Counted from the first letter of the stretch, positions 37,766-52,900 are shown. The stretch is DNA of 64,000 nucleotides from Phoronis australis (GCA_002633005.1 NMRA01000299.1:446132-510131), one strand, 5' to 3'. Numbers and translations are program-made. The notes: generated from the sequence alone by a model not told the origin.

Positions 37766-38875
37766 CTAGAAATTAAAATCAATACCATAGTAAGTGAAAG
37801 TTGTCAATAACACGACCGAACAGAAATGCCACACAAAATCAAAGTGACGTGTAAGTTTATCCAGGCCAACTATTTGGTATGAAGTTTCTTCAAAATCAAC
37901 GTTCTGCGAAACACAACAGTCGGAAAAATAATAATTATATAAGTGACAGCCACTAAGGCTGTAGCTCACATATAAGAATCATTGTCTTATGTGAATATCA
38001 TACAATGTACGATTCCGTCACACATTCAAATTAAAATGTGGGAAACTTGTTTTTTCGACAACCAAAAACAACACATTAGTACAGTCTGTAGGCAGTTGCA
38101 AAGATACTATATTACAATTTTGGTAAGGGTGCAACCGGGAAACTGCTCCGATTGGCTTGTATCCGAGTAGATCACGCGGAACCTTCGTCACAGTATTTTA
38201 AGTTTAACTCTGTCATTTTATTTTTGGGAGAGGATGAGACAGGGATTGTCATTTTAATCATTAACGTTTTCTCGTGTCTCTTGGTCGTCTGTTTCCTTGC
38301 GCTGCAGCGAACGAACGTCAAAGATTTACAGACCTTCGGAATTAATATTGTTGAATATTAACCTGCGTGTACATCGTTGTGTCAGTGTTCCAAGATGTAC
38401 TGTAATCGGTAAACCAACCCCTATAAATAAGAGGCGAGTATTGGCTACATTAAAAGGACTGCTGCCAAATTAGTCCCGGCCATTTCAAATAAACTTGTGC
38501 CGGTATAACGCAGTGGAGCCGTGCTAAAAGCGGACACATCTTCGATTATACTAAGTTTTATTTCACGCACTACTTAAAAAGTGATTTTTTGAAATGTGGA
38601 AACTGGTTCGCCGTCCGTGTGCTCGCTGTGGATCACTGCCATCGTTACCCATCCGGGGCACCTCACATATTTTCGTAGCCGTTCAGATTACCACGTGGGC
38701 ATATTCGAATATGAGCGTAGAATGAGGCGCAAATCCCCACACGCACTGGCAACAAAGATTGTATAGTTATCTTTGCTGGCAAACCAGAACCGAGTTGGAA
38801 ATGCGCCCCCACGTGCAACCCTCACCGACATCAACTTCTAAATTGCGTTTTTTTAAGGAATATAAGTTAACTTAA

Positions 38876-39180
38876 CATGCGCGCACCCAGGGGGGGGGGG
38901 GGGNGGTTCGAAGGAGCCCCCCATTTGACGAAGTGGGCAAAAAGGTCCGCCTCGGAGAAACATACAATACGGGAAAACGAGATAAAATGTCTACTAAAAA
39001 GGCGCAAACGCAGAATTCAGATTCACAGCACGAACAGGTCCGATCGTGGTACTATTTATTTTTTTTTCAAATATTTATTTTTCTTAATTTTTTTTTCTAG
39101 TCGACTGACTATTTTGTTAGTAGAAGGTCCACATCGCCAGGAATTCGAGTCCCCCATATTCAAGGCTGGGTGCGCGCATG
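38876..39180 (+). mobile_element. hAT-type MITE, 305 bp
   Basis: Perfect 15-bp TIR CATGCGCGCACCCAG...CTGGGTGCGCGCATG; flanks cttaa / tttaa. Confidence 0.8.
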
Positions 39181-42100
39181 TTTAAGATAGGGCGGAGGAT
39201 GATAAGAAGCCGAAAAAACGTTGTCGCGACTACGTGTATTTTTATACAAAAACAGCATCGCCGTTCTTGAATTTTCGTTATTTTGCAATATCTCAATGGG
39301 TCTTTCGTGCAATTGAAAATAAAAGTGTCTACAACTATGTCGTACATTACATCAAAAGCAAATAAAAACAGTAAACACACAAGAGAATGACGTGTTTTAT
39401 GTTTCTTCCTTCACAGTCCCACCCCCACCCTTACCCGAACTGTGAATCGGTATAAAAACTGCTAGAGAGCGACGATATGTGCCCGAATATTTTTGCAAGC
39501 GAAATGCACATCTTTGTGTCGCCCGGGTTACATGTGTCGCTTGTCACAATATACGTCACGTTACAACACCCCCTCGCTATGGTCCTGTAAAACGCAGGAA
39601 ATGGCGTGAATTCAACGAAATTTGGGTTTGAAGTTCCAATAATGATGCGATTTTGTGTTGGATTTTTAAAGTTCCCGTTTGCACACTAGTACTGGATATT
39701 TGACTTAAAACGAAGAAGTCTAATTTTTGATTTTCATTTTGCACATCATTTATCATGGATTTACATTGCAACAAGTGAACATAATGGTATCACTGTAATC
39801 TTTAAAACACCAAAAATATCAATAAAATATTTTCAGTATGGACAAGTGTGTATCCACATTACAGGCCGAACGTGCTCCTACTAACAGTGCCGAACTAGCA
39901 CCACTCAAGCGCAAGAAATATCGCGTGACATCTCGTAGGGTGAAAAAATATATGTATCTTCTTGAAACATATTGCTTAGTGAAACCTAAGGAATTCTACG
40001 AGATAAAAAAAAGAAACAGAACAACTCAGTACAAAATTGAACCACTGCTTCCTAATCTGACGTGTTCTTTCTAAAGTTAGCAGTTTTGAGCTCAGTGACT
40101 GTAAACATTACATGATATTTGAGAAGTGGCATCATTGCTGAGTGTTACTTTTTGCTCAGGGTATCCTCACTTTTCCAACATGCCTCGTGGCCGAACATAG
40201 CCTCGGTCCGAAACTAGACCTAGCGCATATATTTTTACTAATTCATTATAACTAACTCTCGTTTAGTCCGTAGTACAGACGTACCGATTTCCAGAGGCCT
40301 GTACATCAATGTACACACACATCGACTCAAAATTGGTGTCAACAAATAAAAACCTATCGTAGCGTTTTGGCCTATTTTTATCGTATTTCTTCCGCGAAAC
40401 TAACTTTTCAATTTCAGAAGCCAATAAGTTAAAGAATAGTCTCTGTTCCCCAAATTTCAATTTATTTCAACCAGTATTTTATTGCAGTGAAGGCATCACT
40501 GATGCGGTAATTGCCCAGTTCAACACAATATGAGCTTAGGTCGACTCTAGTTTCGTGATATCAAATGCGAACGGCGACACCAGTTTTTCCGGTTCGCTTG
40601 TAGAGACCCATAGTCAAACCATAAAATACCACTAATGTTTTATCGTAATTCTTCGAGTAAATTGATCATATTACTTAACTTTTTACGAGGAACTCAGTTT
40701 CAGAGGCCAAACAGTTCGAAATATCGTCCACATATTTTACCCATTATTTTATTGACGTGAAGCCATGGTAATTGCTTTGCCAGAGTCTCTAATCAGAATA
40801 AAACCTCGTGTCCACTGTAAGAAGAGTGAAATGTTTGAAGATGAATCTTGTGTTTGACTGTCGAAAAAGTAAACCAAAGCAACAACGGTCATTGCCGGAC
40901 ATGTTACAATATCCAACACCGCAGGTCAAGATAACAAAAGCTCTCGTACGGTTTAGAACGTGTACTGGGACCATGCTGCCAGCTTGACAGTAATACTGCA
41001 GTGGCGGATCAAGGATGTCACCGGGTGGGAAACCATAAATTTCAGAGAAAATTGTTCACGAAACCGCTAAAAATGACTCGAGTATTTTTTGGTCTAGGTA
41101 GTTGGGCCAACCTTCCTATGAACTCAACAAGCCTGTGCGGAAATTAACCCAATGCCGTGCTGACTGATCTGGTCAGTACCACATCCTGTTTGAGTGTTGG
41201 CAGTCATTTTAAAAACACATGCGATACAGATTTTGGTATCACTTAAGTGGTACAAAATACCAATCTAGAAGCTGCGCCACCCATGCTTTCACAATGCTAT
41301 TCTTGCTGGTCGACCTCAGGAGTGACATATTACATTTATCAACAATTATAATCAAGAGGATTGCTTCCGACTAGAAGCGAGGGGAGCTTAAACTCGCGCC
41401 GTTTTTCTATCAACTAGTTGAATATAGATAGCACTCTTCGACTTTGAGAACGAGACAATTACTAAATAATGCTACATTGTTCCGTTGATGAAATTGGTTC
41501 ACCCACACTAAATTCTGGAACTGCCATATTCTACGATTGGTGATGTCATTCACCGATTGGCTAAATCCTCAACCACAAATCATTACTTAAAATTCGTTTT
41601 TCCCTCTGTGGCGTCCCATCAGGTGTTACATTGTGGAACAGGCTTCTCCAAGAGCTGCAGCCACTTCAACTCAAGGCTTCAGAGATATCCCATGTAAACT
41701 GGATCTCTCTCATATACCAGCACAATGAACACATTCTTTCTGAGTAATTTCTTACCTTTATACACTGGCAACTATTGGTATGCACAAGATTTAGAAAATA
41801 TGCACTAAACAAACACCCTTCGAATCCCCACAAATAGACAATAGAACTGGGCATCCGCACCAAACAAAAAACACTACTACTTAAATAGTCAAACATGCAT
41901 TTATTGTCCAATTATCTAATTTCCTTAAATACAAATCATAATCAGACCTCCTGGTTCTTGTCACGGGAGCCATGAAATTGACTGCCGAGCTCTAACATGT
42001 ACATACCGTACTGATGGTATAAATTGTTTTCTTTATAAGCTGCGTCTTGTTTCCCAATCAACTACAAAACCTACTAGATCAGAGAGATGTCTTTCATGAA

Positions 42101-42532
42101 AAAGATCAAAACAAGTTTGTATTTTTAGGTTGAATACAGACAATATTTATATTAGAAGTACATATAATAATCAAAGGATATCATACTGGATGCCATGGAC
42201 ACCAGAACAGCTCAACTGGAAGCCATCCTCTGATAGTTAGTGACGTGGCCAGTCACCATCGACTCAACAGCTGGAGGCCCTACCAGGTTTTGGAGTCCTA
42301 ACGGCTGCTGACAAGTGGAGACCTGACTGATGACATCAGACAACTATGCAGATAACAGCATTCTGTTCAAAGTAAGTAATGTCTAGCAAAAACACTAATG
42401 CATGTTCAGAATATTTTTAACAATGGAAAAAAATAGCAGAATCTTTTTAAAATCTAAACAACATTAAATCCCCTCAATGCAACCAGAGTACATATGACAA
42501 TGGGTAGTTCAACTCCTTCTCATTCAAGTCAA

Positions 42533-42582
42533 ATCAATACAATACAATACAATAAAATACAATACAGTGCAATAGAATACAG
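42533..42582 (+). repeat. (AATAC)n microsatellite
   Basis: caatacaatacaatacaataaaatacaatac... Confidence 0.8.
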
Positions 42583-43820
42583 GCAGTTTATACAATCACT
42601 TGTAACTTAACTCAAAAAAAGGAAAGAATAACAATTAATATCTGACAACAAACAAACAGTATACACGGGTCTTTATGGCCGAATAAAGGTAATGTACAAT
42701 ACAAGTTTAACTTCACACATAAACCCAAAACCGGGGGGGGGGGCTCATATTCGAATCTCAGCTGCACATTACTTTTTGATATTTTCTGTTTTACTGAAGA
42801 AAAGCACCTTCTTTTAGAGCACTTGTGGTTTATGCAGTTCACACTAAACACCAGATAGAACCTAGAGCTCAAAATTTCGAACCTGAAGCTGTAGGTTCGA
42901 GGTCACCAATGCCAAACTGGAATTTGCCACACAGTTATCTCACTCACATAACAGGAACAGTAAAACAAAAAACACCAAAAATAGTTTGGAGATTGTACTT
43001 TCGGTCCATTTTTAAATTAACTAAAGAACCCTAAGTGTTTCAAATGCTGATATTTAGTAACAACATTTAAAAAATAGTAGCACAATCAAACAAACTCTTC
43101 AGACGTGTTTTGGCACAAACTGAAACAAGATAACTCTTCAACAGCAGGGTCACACAACATTTCAAGCATGGGGTCTCTAATTATCTACCACTCATGCTTG
43201 GCACTTAGAACACAACCACACTTAACTATGTACACAAGAAGATACAATATACAAGAGGATACTATACTAATGGTAACCTTTTCACACAGAGGTTATGTGT
43301 TTATCCTTTTCTACAACTACGCGACTCCTGAAAACACATCCAGGTTCAATGTTCGTTGATTTCATTTCTTCCTCCCAAGGTTATTACAAAGTTTTTGACT
43401 CCAATTACAACCAAAAAAGGATAGAAATAAACTTTTTGTACAATGAACAAACAAGAATTCTTCACTTATTTCGCACAAACATAACTGTAACAATGAGCTG
43501 TTTTCCAAAGGCTGATTTTATTGCTGCAGATCAGGAAATTATATCAAATGGTGCTTTACAAGACCTGCACAGTACAAACCACAAAAATTATAGACTGCAA
43601 ACTTTCAATATTCTTTTCCACCAAACTGTGTGCTAAATTGGTGAAGAACTACTCCATACCAGTTTTCTGAGAAACACTTCCTACTCTTTTCAATACAGAC
43701 TACACAACTATGTACATTGGTTTGATTAACAGAAACAATGTGATACAATAAATTAATTATCAACAGTTCGCCAATTCAAAGCTCATCCCCCTCGCATGGC
43801 TCATTGCGCACTGTCCAGCC

Positions 43821-43940
43821 TTAAAGATCAGTAGCCGAAACACGGAAAACAGCTCGACCGGCAATGCGACACTCACTCAGCTGGCGAAACACACTGTCTG
43901 CCTGCTCAATGGGAAATGTGGCATACGTAGGTGGAGTGAT
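43821..43940 (-). CDS. paralogue 2 last coding exon (ITPPTYATFP...GRAVFRVSATDL*)
   Basis: Acceptor ctttgcag; aligns to IVPPNYSTFP...GRAVL of paralogue 1; TAA at 43823-43821. Confidence 0.9.
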   Translation of the reverse strand: MTPPTYATFPIEQADSVFRQLSECRIAGRAVFRVSATDL

Positions 43941-46900
43941 CTGCAAAGAAAGAGTGGTCGTTAATTTACATTGCAGCGGTCTATCCCAAATCCGCTATCA
44001 AGAAAGAATTCAAGAACAGTCGCCAAAAAACATTGAATGTAAAAACTATACCAAGAAAACTCACACGTCCATCTCTGAGCAGGTCCATGAGGCATTGTAG
44101 TTGCTCGCGAGTGCCTGAGTGTGTACCCACAATGCTTTGCTCATTCTGTGCCAGGTCGAACAAGTTGATTGTCATGTCATAGTCAGAGTTACCACAGGCA
44201 AAGATGACACCATACTGTGAATGAATGAAAGACATGTACATATTCTAGCTAGTAGCAACACCATACTGTGAAAGAATGAAAGGTATGTACATATTCTAGC
44301 TAGTAGCAACAGGACACTCACTAGAAGAGTATGGATTCAGCACAAGGTAAGGGGAAAAAGACCCTACTTTTGTCAATTTTGTTTAGTCTTTGAAACAAGA
44401 AACACTGAAATACTTATTGTAATTCATGTTAATGTTCTGTAGGATCCTACAAAAATCTCCAAATTTGGAAAACTTCAGAACATCATATCTCAACGCTGTA
44501 CAAGATTTTTTTTAAATGCTCCACAGTTGCACGTCAGAGGAGCTATCAAAAATATAAGTTATGATTTTAATCAAAAAAATATCAAAATTTGCATAAAAAA
44601 CAAAAGATAACAATCTGTTTGAGGTTTTAGCTTTGACTTTTATATCAAATTTAATTCAGTCATGTTCTTGATACCATTGTTTACCTCGCAATATAACTTT
44701 CCTTTTCGGTAAATTCCATTAATAAAAAGCCCATGTGACCCAAAACTGACAGCAGATTGATATTAAGTCAAAAATCGAATTCTACAGGGCTTAAATTTTT
44801 ATGTAATATGTATATGTAAATATGTGTATATACATGTGTAAATGTCTATACTTTTACTGAGTTCAAATCTACCGTTTTAAAGACATTTTGCTAAATACAC
44901 AGACTTGTGGATAAGGTCCTACATAACCTTAAATTTGCTTTAAACATGATTTTCATTCAAGTTTCAAAAAGTTAAACGCAAAAGACGGTTATGAGATCAA
45001 TTTAAGTTCTAACCATTAACTGTAACAAGAACCTCACACGTCGCATTACTGGGGAGGTTCCAAATTTCAATAGTTCTCGGCAGAGCAACTAACCAGAAGC
45101 ACATGACAATACTGTGACAAGATTCTCCATTTTAGTACAAAACTATTTTAGGAAATTTACATGAATTTTGAACACAATATGGCAAACAAGACACATCAAT
45201 TTGACAAAGTAAGGGACAACGACCCCCACCCCCTCAACTACACCACTGATCTGACTGCTTTTCCATTTTCATGCCATTCATGAACCTCACCTTGTTGAGC
45301 ACAGACTTTGACCGAGTCATAGTGCGTCGCGAGCCGACAAAGTCAATTACAACGTCAATGCCGTGTGGGCAGGCGTCACGTGTCCTTTCCACCAGGTACT
45401 CCTCATGCAGCGCGTCACTCCAGTGCACTAGGCCATAGCAACCATGGTCGTGCGCAACCATCAGTTTTTCAGCATTGGTGTCTGCCACCGTAAGATGCAC
45501 ACGATTGATACTGTCTCCAAGCAGGTACTGAGCCAGCCGGATGGTCCAGAGGCCAAGGCCACCCGCGCCAACAATAAGGAACGTGACAATGTCATCATGC
45601 GCTAAGGAGAGAAAGTCAGAGGGGATGATATCAAGACCTTATAGCACATTATCTAATCTGAAAGCACTACGGGGCACTATATTTGAGAGGAATAAGAGAG
45701 CAATCCAGAAATCATTAAGTCACAAGACAGCGCAATTTCCCACACATTCACACATGAAGTACACAGCAAATTTTAAAGTAATCAAACACAAAAGCAATGC
45801 GCTCATGAATGCACTGCAAATGGTGTGCTTCTAGGGGTGTATAATAGCATCCTAAACATCGCCACTAGAAGGCGCAAAATAAGTTGAATCCATCCGAAAA
45901 TGGCAAAATGTCATCACTTCTTTAATAGAAAGCTACCAAATTTCACAAAAATTTGTCTAGGAACTTCAGAGAAACAGAGGAAAATGGTAAAAAATGAAAT
46001 TGCCACTAGAGGTCACAATGTTTGTCGGAGCCGTCTAAAAATCATTGTCGTCAGTTGCCAACTTCATATAAATACACTCACATAATTTAATAAAGATCCT
46101 TCAGAGGGTTTAGGAGATACAGCTATGAACGCAAAAAAAAACTGCCACTAGGAGGGGCCACAGTAATCAAAGTCCTCAGAAAAACATCGTCAACCGTCCT
46201 TTTCATATTAAGAACATATATGCCAATTTTCACAATCATCATTAGAGTGGTTTGAATGATAGAGGGGCGGATGCCAAAAACAGACACAAAAACAGTAAAA
46301 ATGGTCACTAGATGGCACAGAGGTAAGTGCAAAAAAATAATAAAATTGCCACTAGAGGCCACACTGATAGTCCGATCTATTCAAAATTTGTTGTTGTCCA
46401 TTGTCAGTTTCATATAAATATACTTGCTAAATTTAATAAAGACCCAGCAGAGCATTTAGGAGATACGGCCATGGATACAAAATCATACATAATTACCACG
46501 AGGAGCCGAAAAATCAGTCAGCCACCCTCTTCACAGTAAAAAAATATACGCCAATTTTCACTATCATCCTTAGAGTCAGTGGTCTGGTTGACTGGGGAGT
46601 GGACGCCAAAAAACAGACTCAAAAACAGTAAAGGAGGCACAAAATACCCCGAATTCATCCGAATCTCATTAATAGATACCTATGTGCCAAATTTCAAGAA
46701 AATCCGTGGAGGACCTTTGAAGATACAGAGGTAAACGTAAAAAACTAAAATTGCCAGTAGTAAAATTGGACACCGCTAGTCAGATCTATCCGAAAAATAT
46801 TGTCATTCCTTGTCAGCTTCATAGGAACATATCTGTCAAATCTCATCAAGATCCTGTGAAGGGTTTAAAATGTACAGCTGCAGATACCAGACGACCAGAC

Positions 46901-49900
46901 AGACAGAAATGACGGCAATAAGCACCCAAATATAAATATGTGGGCACATACAAATGATCCAGTACTTCCGGGCATGACAGCCGAGTGGAAGCTGAATTCA
47001 TTGCCAAAGTAGCCATCCCTCAGGACCGATAATAAAACGAAATTACCAGGAAAATTAGTAAGGTGGCTAAGAAATTGTGTAACTATAAGTTTGCCATCAA
47101 AATGGTAGTTACCAGTCATCTTGGCTTTTAACAGAATTAGCCATCATGATAGATAAACAGAATTTTCCTCTGATTACTTCTGTCATGTACTGTAAGTGCC
47201 CATGTTTATGTGTGTGTGCGAATGTCCATTACGGGCAGCAATTCCATGCATGTGTGATCAATGAAATGGCTTGTGAAAGGCCACTGGATGATTCTGAAGG
47301 ATTTTCAACAGAATAAGCAGTGTTCTCCACGACTGCTTTTAACGTGTCGCAGCGTCCTGTTTTGCTGAACCTGTGTCCTGTTCAAAAATTTCGCGACCGG
47401 TTTAAAAATTTGTCTACCCCTTTAAAAAATAGGAACCAGTTTGTAAAAAAAGCGTCGTCATCGTTAATGTCTTCACTGGTTCAAATTACGCTAGACGGCA
47501 ACTTGCCATAGCCCTTTGAAACTGAATAAAGGCTCCGTGGTCAGTTGCCAAAAGCCTTACCACCGATCTCAATGAGGCCACAGACTGGGCAGCTAGTCTA
47601 TTTATGGTGTAACGTTGCATGTAAATAATCTCTCAATCATCTATTCAATTCCTCTTGGATAGCTACATGTAGTCATAGTCATTTGAATTTAAACAAAGGC
47701 CCAGTGCCACCTATAAGCTTAATCCACTACCCACTCAATGCCATGGAGGTGCAGTCTGGCACAAAAGTCGCTAATCCTTAGGTTAGGCCTAATCGCTTTT
47801 GAAGTCACCTTTTGTGTTTGGCGGACAACTGACCACATAACCCATTCAAAATAATTTAGACTCAGTGGTTAGTTCTGCGAAGTCTAATTAGTCAGCAGAA
47901 ACACTATTGCGCAGGAGTTTTTACAATGACCGTCTTTTGGGTGACCAGAATTTTATTTGTGTAGCGCATTTTTCAATATTCCATGAGCCCCATGACACTG
48001 GTCTGACTTGCCGGCACCAGTCTCAACAAAACTTTGCATGCAAATGCTTTTGATGACTGTCATTGGTTGTTGTTTGGGTATCTCTCACTTAGATGAATAT
48101 TATTGGTTACTTTTGGTGCAACAGGCCCATCGAGATTGACGGAATTCATCTCATTGCCTTATAAGAAGTTTCGTTGGCAGCATACGCATTATACCAGTGG
48201 CACATACTTCCTCTGAAAATCTGGCGAACAGTTCGCAACAACTTCGATCGCGAGCGTCCGCGACGTTAGCGGTTTTGGGGGGAGTAATCCGAGATTTGGG
48301 ACAGCTAGCGACGTCACCGGGTAAAGTTCAAAATATACGTCTCGCCGTGAGAAATTGTAGCCAAAATCACGTGCTCTCATTGAAAATATATGGTAATATC
48401 TCGCGTAATCTCGCAGTCTTGTTTTCGTTGCATGGACCCTACGTTATTGAACTCTATCCTGGCTTCCATTACCGATTGACATGCGCATTCTACATACTTA
48501 GTAATGTCATCTGCCGCGGGAAGGCGTAGAAGGATCGCTAAGGATTATTTTGAAAACCAAGAGACATTTCGGATACTGACGTTGACTCAGATGCAGATAC
48601 GACAGATAATCCAGATTCGCATGGTGGTGATACTGCCGGGCTCAGTCAACGAATCGCAAATTTTCGTCTTATGAACACTGGACCGAATTTTTGCTGACAA
48701 CATCCCACATCGGCATTCTTACAATTCTCTCCAACTTGAGTTGAAAATAGAAGGTTCTCAGCTGGAATAATGTGTTTGAGACAATCCTGAAAATTATGTT
48801 AATTCCACACTTGCAAGCTTTTGACAATCCAGTCGACATCTTTCTAGAAATATTGGTTTTCGTCAACAGACCTAACACTCCTGTCCAAGAAAATGGAATA
48901 CGCTCGTGGATCGTTTTGTTTACTCTACCTAATTTGTATTCATTGGAGGGATATTGTGTAATTTTTACAAGAATTCTGGTAGTGCAGATGTTTAAGGTTG
49001 TAACAACTTCAGAACATCGTATTCAGACAAAAATGCGGGCTGGGGTATTGACTATAAAAATGCTGAGCACGACATTAGGCTGACAGAAAACGTAGACCTG
49101 GCTGCCAAGACATAAAATTGCGACTGGCTTTACAAAGTAACTTCACTTGGCTTGTCTACTAAGTGGGAAAAGTTTACTTTATCTTAGACTTTCTGGACTT
49201 CGTTGACGTTGACATCACAAGTATGGAGTAAAATATTTCCTCATTCTGTTTCAAACACGTCTGTAGACTTCCATTTCAAAGTTGTCGACTAAACAAATGG
49301 GTTATGTGATGTGTCCACCTTTTAAAAATAAAAAAGTTGAGCAAACATTTATTTGTTTGCAATACTGTGCATTACTGTTGAAGTGCGTGGGTAAAAATAA
49401 GATGCACACTAGCCTGTGGAGAACGTTGACCACCGTGCGATTAGGGCATGTTTGTTGCAGTTTTTACGCGTGCGACTTGTGAACATTGATAAGGTTTTGG
49501 CACCCCGGATGTTGTGGTCCTCAGCAGAACACAAAGTTTTACATTGCTGTCATGGACTGATCCAGAAGCAAATGAACGTGCTTTGTGAAATCAAATATTT
49601 CTCCGAGCAGAAATTTGAGCTCATTTCAGGTGCAGGTTAGGTAAAGACAAGAAGACAACATAGTGCATTTCTATGTTACATTATTTCTAGGCTGCTAGTC
49701 TCATAATTCTGAGGATGGGGAAGTAGTACTGAAATTATAACTTAGATCTTGTTTCAGTGCAAATCAATGTTTCTGATCTTTGAAAAACATTCGTTAAGCC
49801 ACACAACTTTTTTGACTTAGTGATTAATTACTTTAATTACAATCTCCACATGACCGAAAACAGTTGCTTACCAATCATCTTGAGTTTGTACTGAATGTAG

Positions 49901-52900
49901 GGCAACGCGCGAGACACAGCAGCATAGGCCAACAGACCACCAGAGGGCAACATGGCAGCAATCTCCATAGGCACCTCAGTAGGAACGCGGATCAGATTGT
50001 TGATGTCATCCACCGCCATATAGTTGGCATATCTAGATGAAGCAGTATTAAAACAATAACTGCTGAGATAAGTTATGGGCCACAGAGCATGCAGTACTGT
50101 AACAGTCACTTTCGTGGGTAATGCATAGTGAGAACCAGTTTTCTTCACTGAATAATGGGCATCAAATTGGTTCTCAAAATCCAGGACCCTGCCTTATAAT
50201 AGCGAACCCTTTAATTGGACAAATTTTGTCAAAAAATTGTAAAATTGACTACCCATTCTACAGAACGCCACCCAGGAAAGGAAACTCAGTGAAACCCAAT
50301 AACTGTAAAACCATGATGCGCAGTCCCTCCTCTACTTCCGCTTAACAGCAGTCAACTGAACACCAAAATTGGGGTATTAACAGAAAAGGGTCCAACGATG
50401 AAAATATTAATACACATGCACATGAATAATCATGGTCCAATGTTGCTTACGTTTTGTTGGACGTCTGGTCATTGTAGATGATACACTTATCCCCCATCTG
50501 CCAGTTACAGTTAGGTACAGACTGGCACACAGCCTCAACGATTCCCGAGATCTCATACCCTGCAACAAAGGAAACCACTGAGTATGTAAACACATACCAA
50601 CTTGACAATGTGCCAACAAACTTCATTCCAAAACAATAGGCCAAAATAAGAGATATTCTAATTTGGCAAGATATAATTTAGCATGTTGATGTTAAAACTG
50701 AGTATAAAAGCTAGGCTCACAAGTACCGGATTCGCCGTAATTACCGTCCATGCCCCTATAAGCGCCCCCACGCGTTTTCAGACTTTCCTAAAATAAGCGC
50801 CCAGTCCATGAACACCTATGTGCGAAAAATGCCTTAGCTACAGTCCTAAAATTCTACAGTAACGTCTTCAATTTATCAATATCCGACAGTCCTGACAAAA
50901 ACCATTGTGCGCAGAATTTGTAGACGAAGCGAGGATCGGGGCCTTTGAGAACAGACGTAGTATACTTGTCTAAGGGATTGCCTTGTAGATATTTCCCGTT
51001 TTTAACAGGAATCCAAATTTCTCTGTACACGTGAAAACCGCAAATCGAAGACTTATAAAAAGCTTGGCCAGTGTTAAAAGCACGTGGCCAGGAAGCACGC
51101 GCTATGTACATGAACCTGTCATCAAAGACATTAGTCGGGATCTATCCATTTATGAAACGGGTAGCATAGCATCGGCAAAAATGAATATTGGCACTAATTT
51201 CCGAAAGTTTCTAATACCATAAAAATGTTTGCGTTATTTTTAAGATGGAATGTTTTATTAACCATAATTGATGTTTTTAAGCCAAATATCCGATAAAATG
51301 ACCACTGACACCCACCTATACACTGAAAAATAACTATCAGATAGTTACATACGCATCCAGCCACATGTCGATTAATATGGGCCTTACCGTGACAAATGTC
51401 GAATGTTTTTAGCACATGAGACCGGCAAGTGCTGAATGAAACACGCTCTGGTTTAGGGCTACTGCTTGTGCAAATTTCTTTAGATACAATGCATATCTAG
51501 CTCGTTAGATTGCGTGGCTCTGGCCAAAAGACGGTCTCTGCTCTGGCAAATGAACTCTGGTGACACGCACGCGCTCGCTTACTCACAAACGCAGACGAAC
51601 TTCAAAACAAACTTCACGTGACAACAACATGTGTGTTCGTCCAGACATTTTTCTAGTGTTGCCGATCATACATGTAGATGGCACGATGTAGCACAGATTT
51701 GTACCTAAACCTGCCGTTAATCCCGACTCCACGGGATCTTAAAAATCAAAGGGACGCTACTTGGAAAACTTGAGGATTTCAGGTAATTTGCTTGAATCGA
51801 AACTGTAATTTTATTCAAGCATTCAAGTCGCCATATCGACGATTGCGAGGCAGTCAGTCGGCGAGTTTTTACCCTGGGATTTCAAAACAATTTTCTGTAA
51901 AATGATCGTAATATAGCAGCAAAGTTTGATAGCAATGCACCACGGTTTTGTAGAAAGTCTTTCATAGATTACAGATATGTCACAGAGCATAAATATGATG
52001 AATCTTAGCTTCCGATTTCACCCGTTTTGGAGACCGGGTTTCAATCGCCTTTGGTTATAAGCGCCCCCCTTGAAAAGAACTTTTCTAAGCGCCCTGGGTG
52101 GTTACTATGGTAATGCATTTTAATGGTGAGTCTTGCTTTGCCTTGATTCTAAGATAATCCAATTTACACGCAAGTAAAACTTCCAGTTTTCCAAAAGTAT
52201 TCTGTCTGTATTCTGAATTATGTTTGTTGTGGGTTTATTGGCTTTGTAATTGTCTGTTGGTTAATATATACATATACATATACATATACATATATATATA
52301 TATAGTGAACAGGAGTGTTTGTGGCAAATGTAAAATCCATGGCCTTTGAATCCCTCAATTTCAAGATTGAATGTCGGCATCATAAAAACGTTACAAAAAT
52401 TTCAATATCAGGTCCTAAAATGACCCCTTGAAAGATACAAAAAGAGCAACACAGGTCATTGAAATACGCCCACAACAATAATGCAAAGTGTGCTTCTATG
52501 TAAGAGCACAAAAATTCACCTCGAAGTTCGAATCAGTTTCAACTCCTGCAAACACTCATCATCAGATTTTGTAAACTGCAGAAGTGCATACTCCACAGTT
52601 GTGCTGCCATTTTGATATGGAGAACAGGATATTGATTAGTTTGTTGCAAGTGCAGGGGCGATTGCATAGAATTGAACTAAGTCATTCATGGGAGCTCTTG
52701 TTCACAATCTGGCACCCTTACGACTTAAGACTAGTCCAAAAAACAACAAAGAATAGTTGGTGGTCTACTCCAAGCAATGCACCAAACAAATTCACGATGG
52801 GATTTTTACCCTCATTAAATTTTTTTTTGTATAAGAAACCACATTTCCCCTAAGATGAGTAAAGACCCAGGATTCAGACAATAATACAGACAATACATTA

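Noticed and set aside
43776-43823. Read-through of the gene 2 stop would add GWTVRNEPCEGDEL, ending in an xDEL-like sequence
   Set aside because: TAA-G is a poor read-through context, GDEL is non-canonical, the protein has no signal peptide, and gene 1 has no equivalent.
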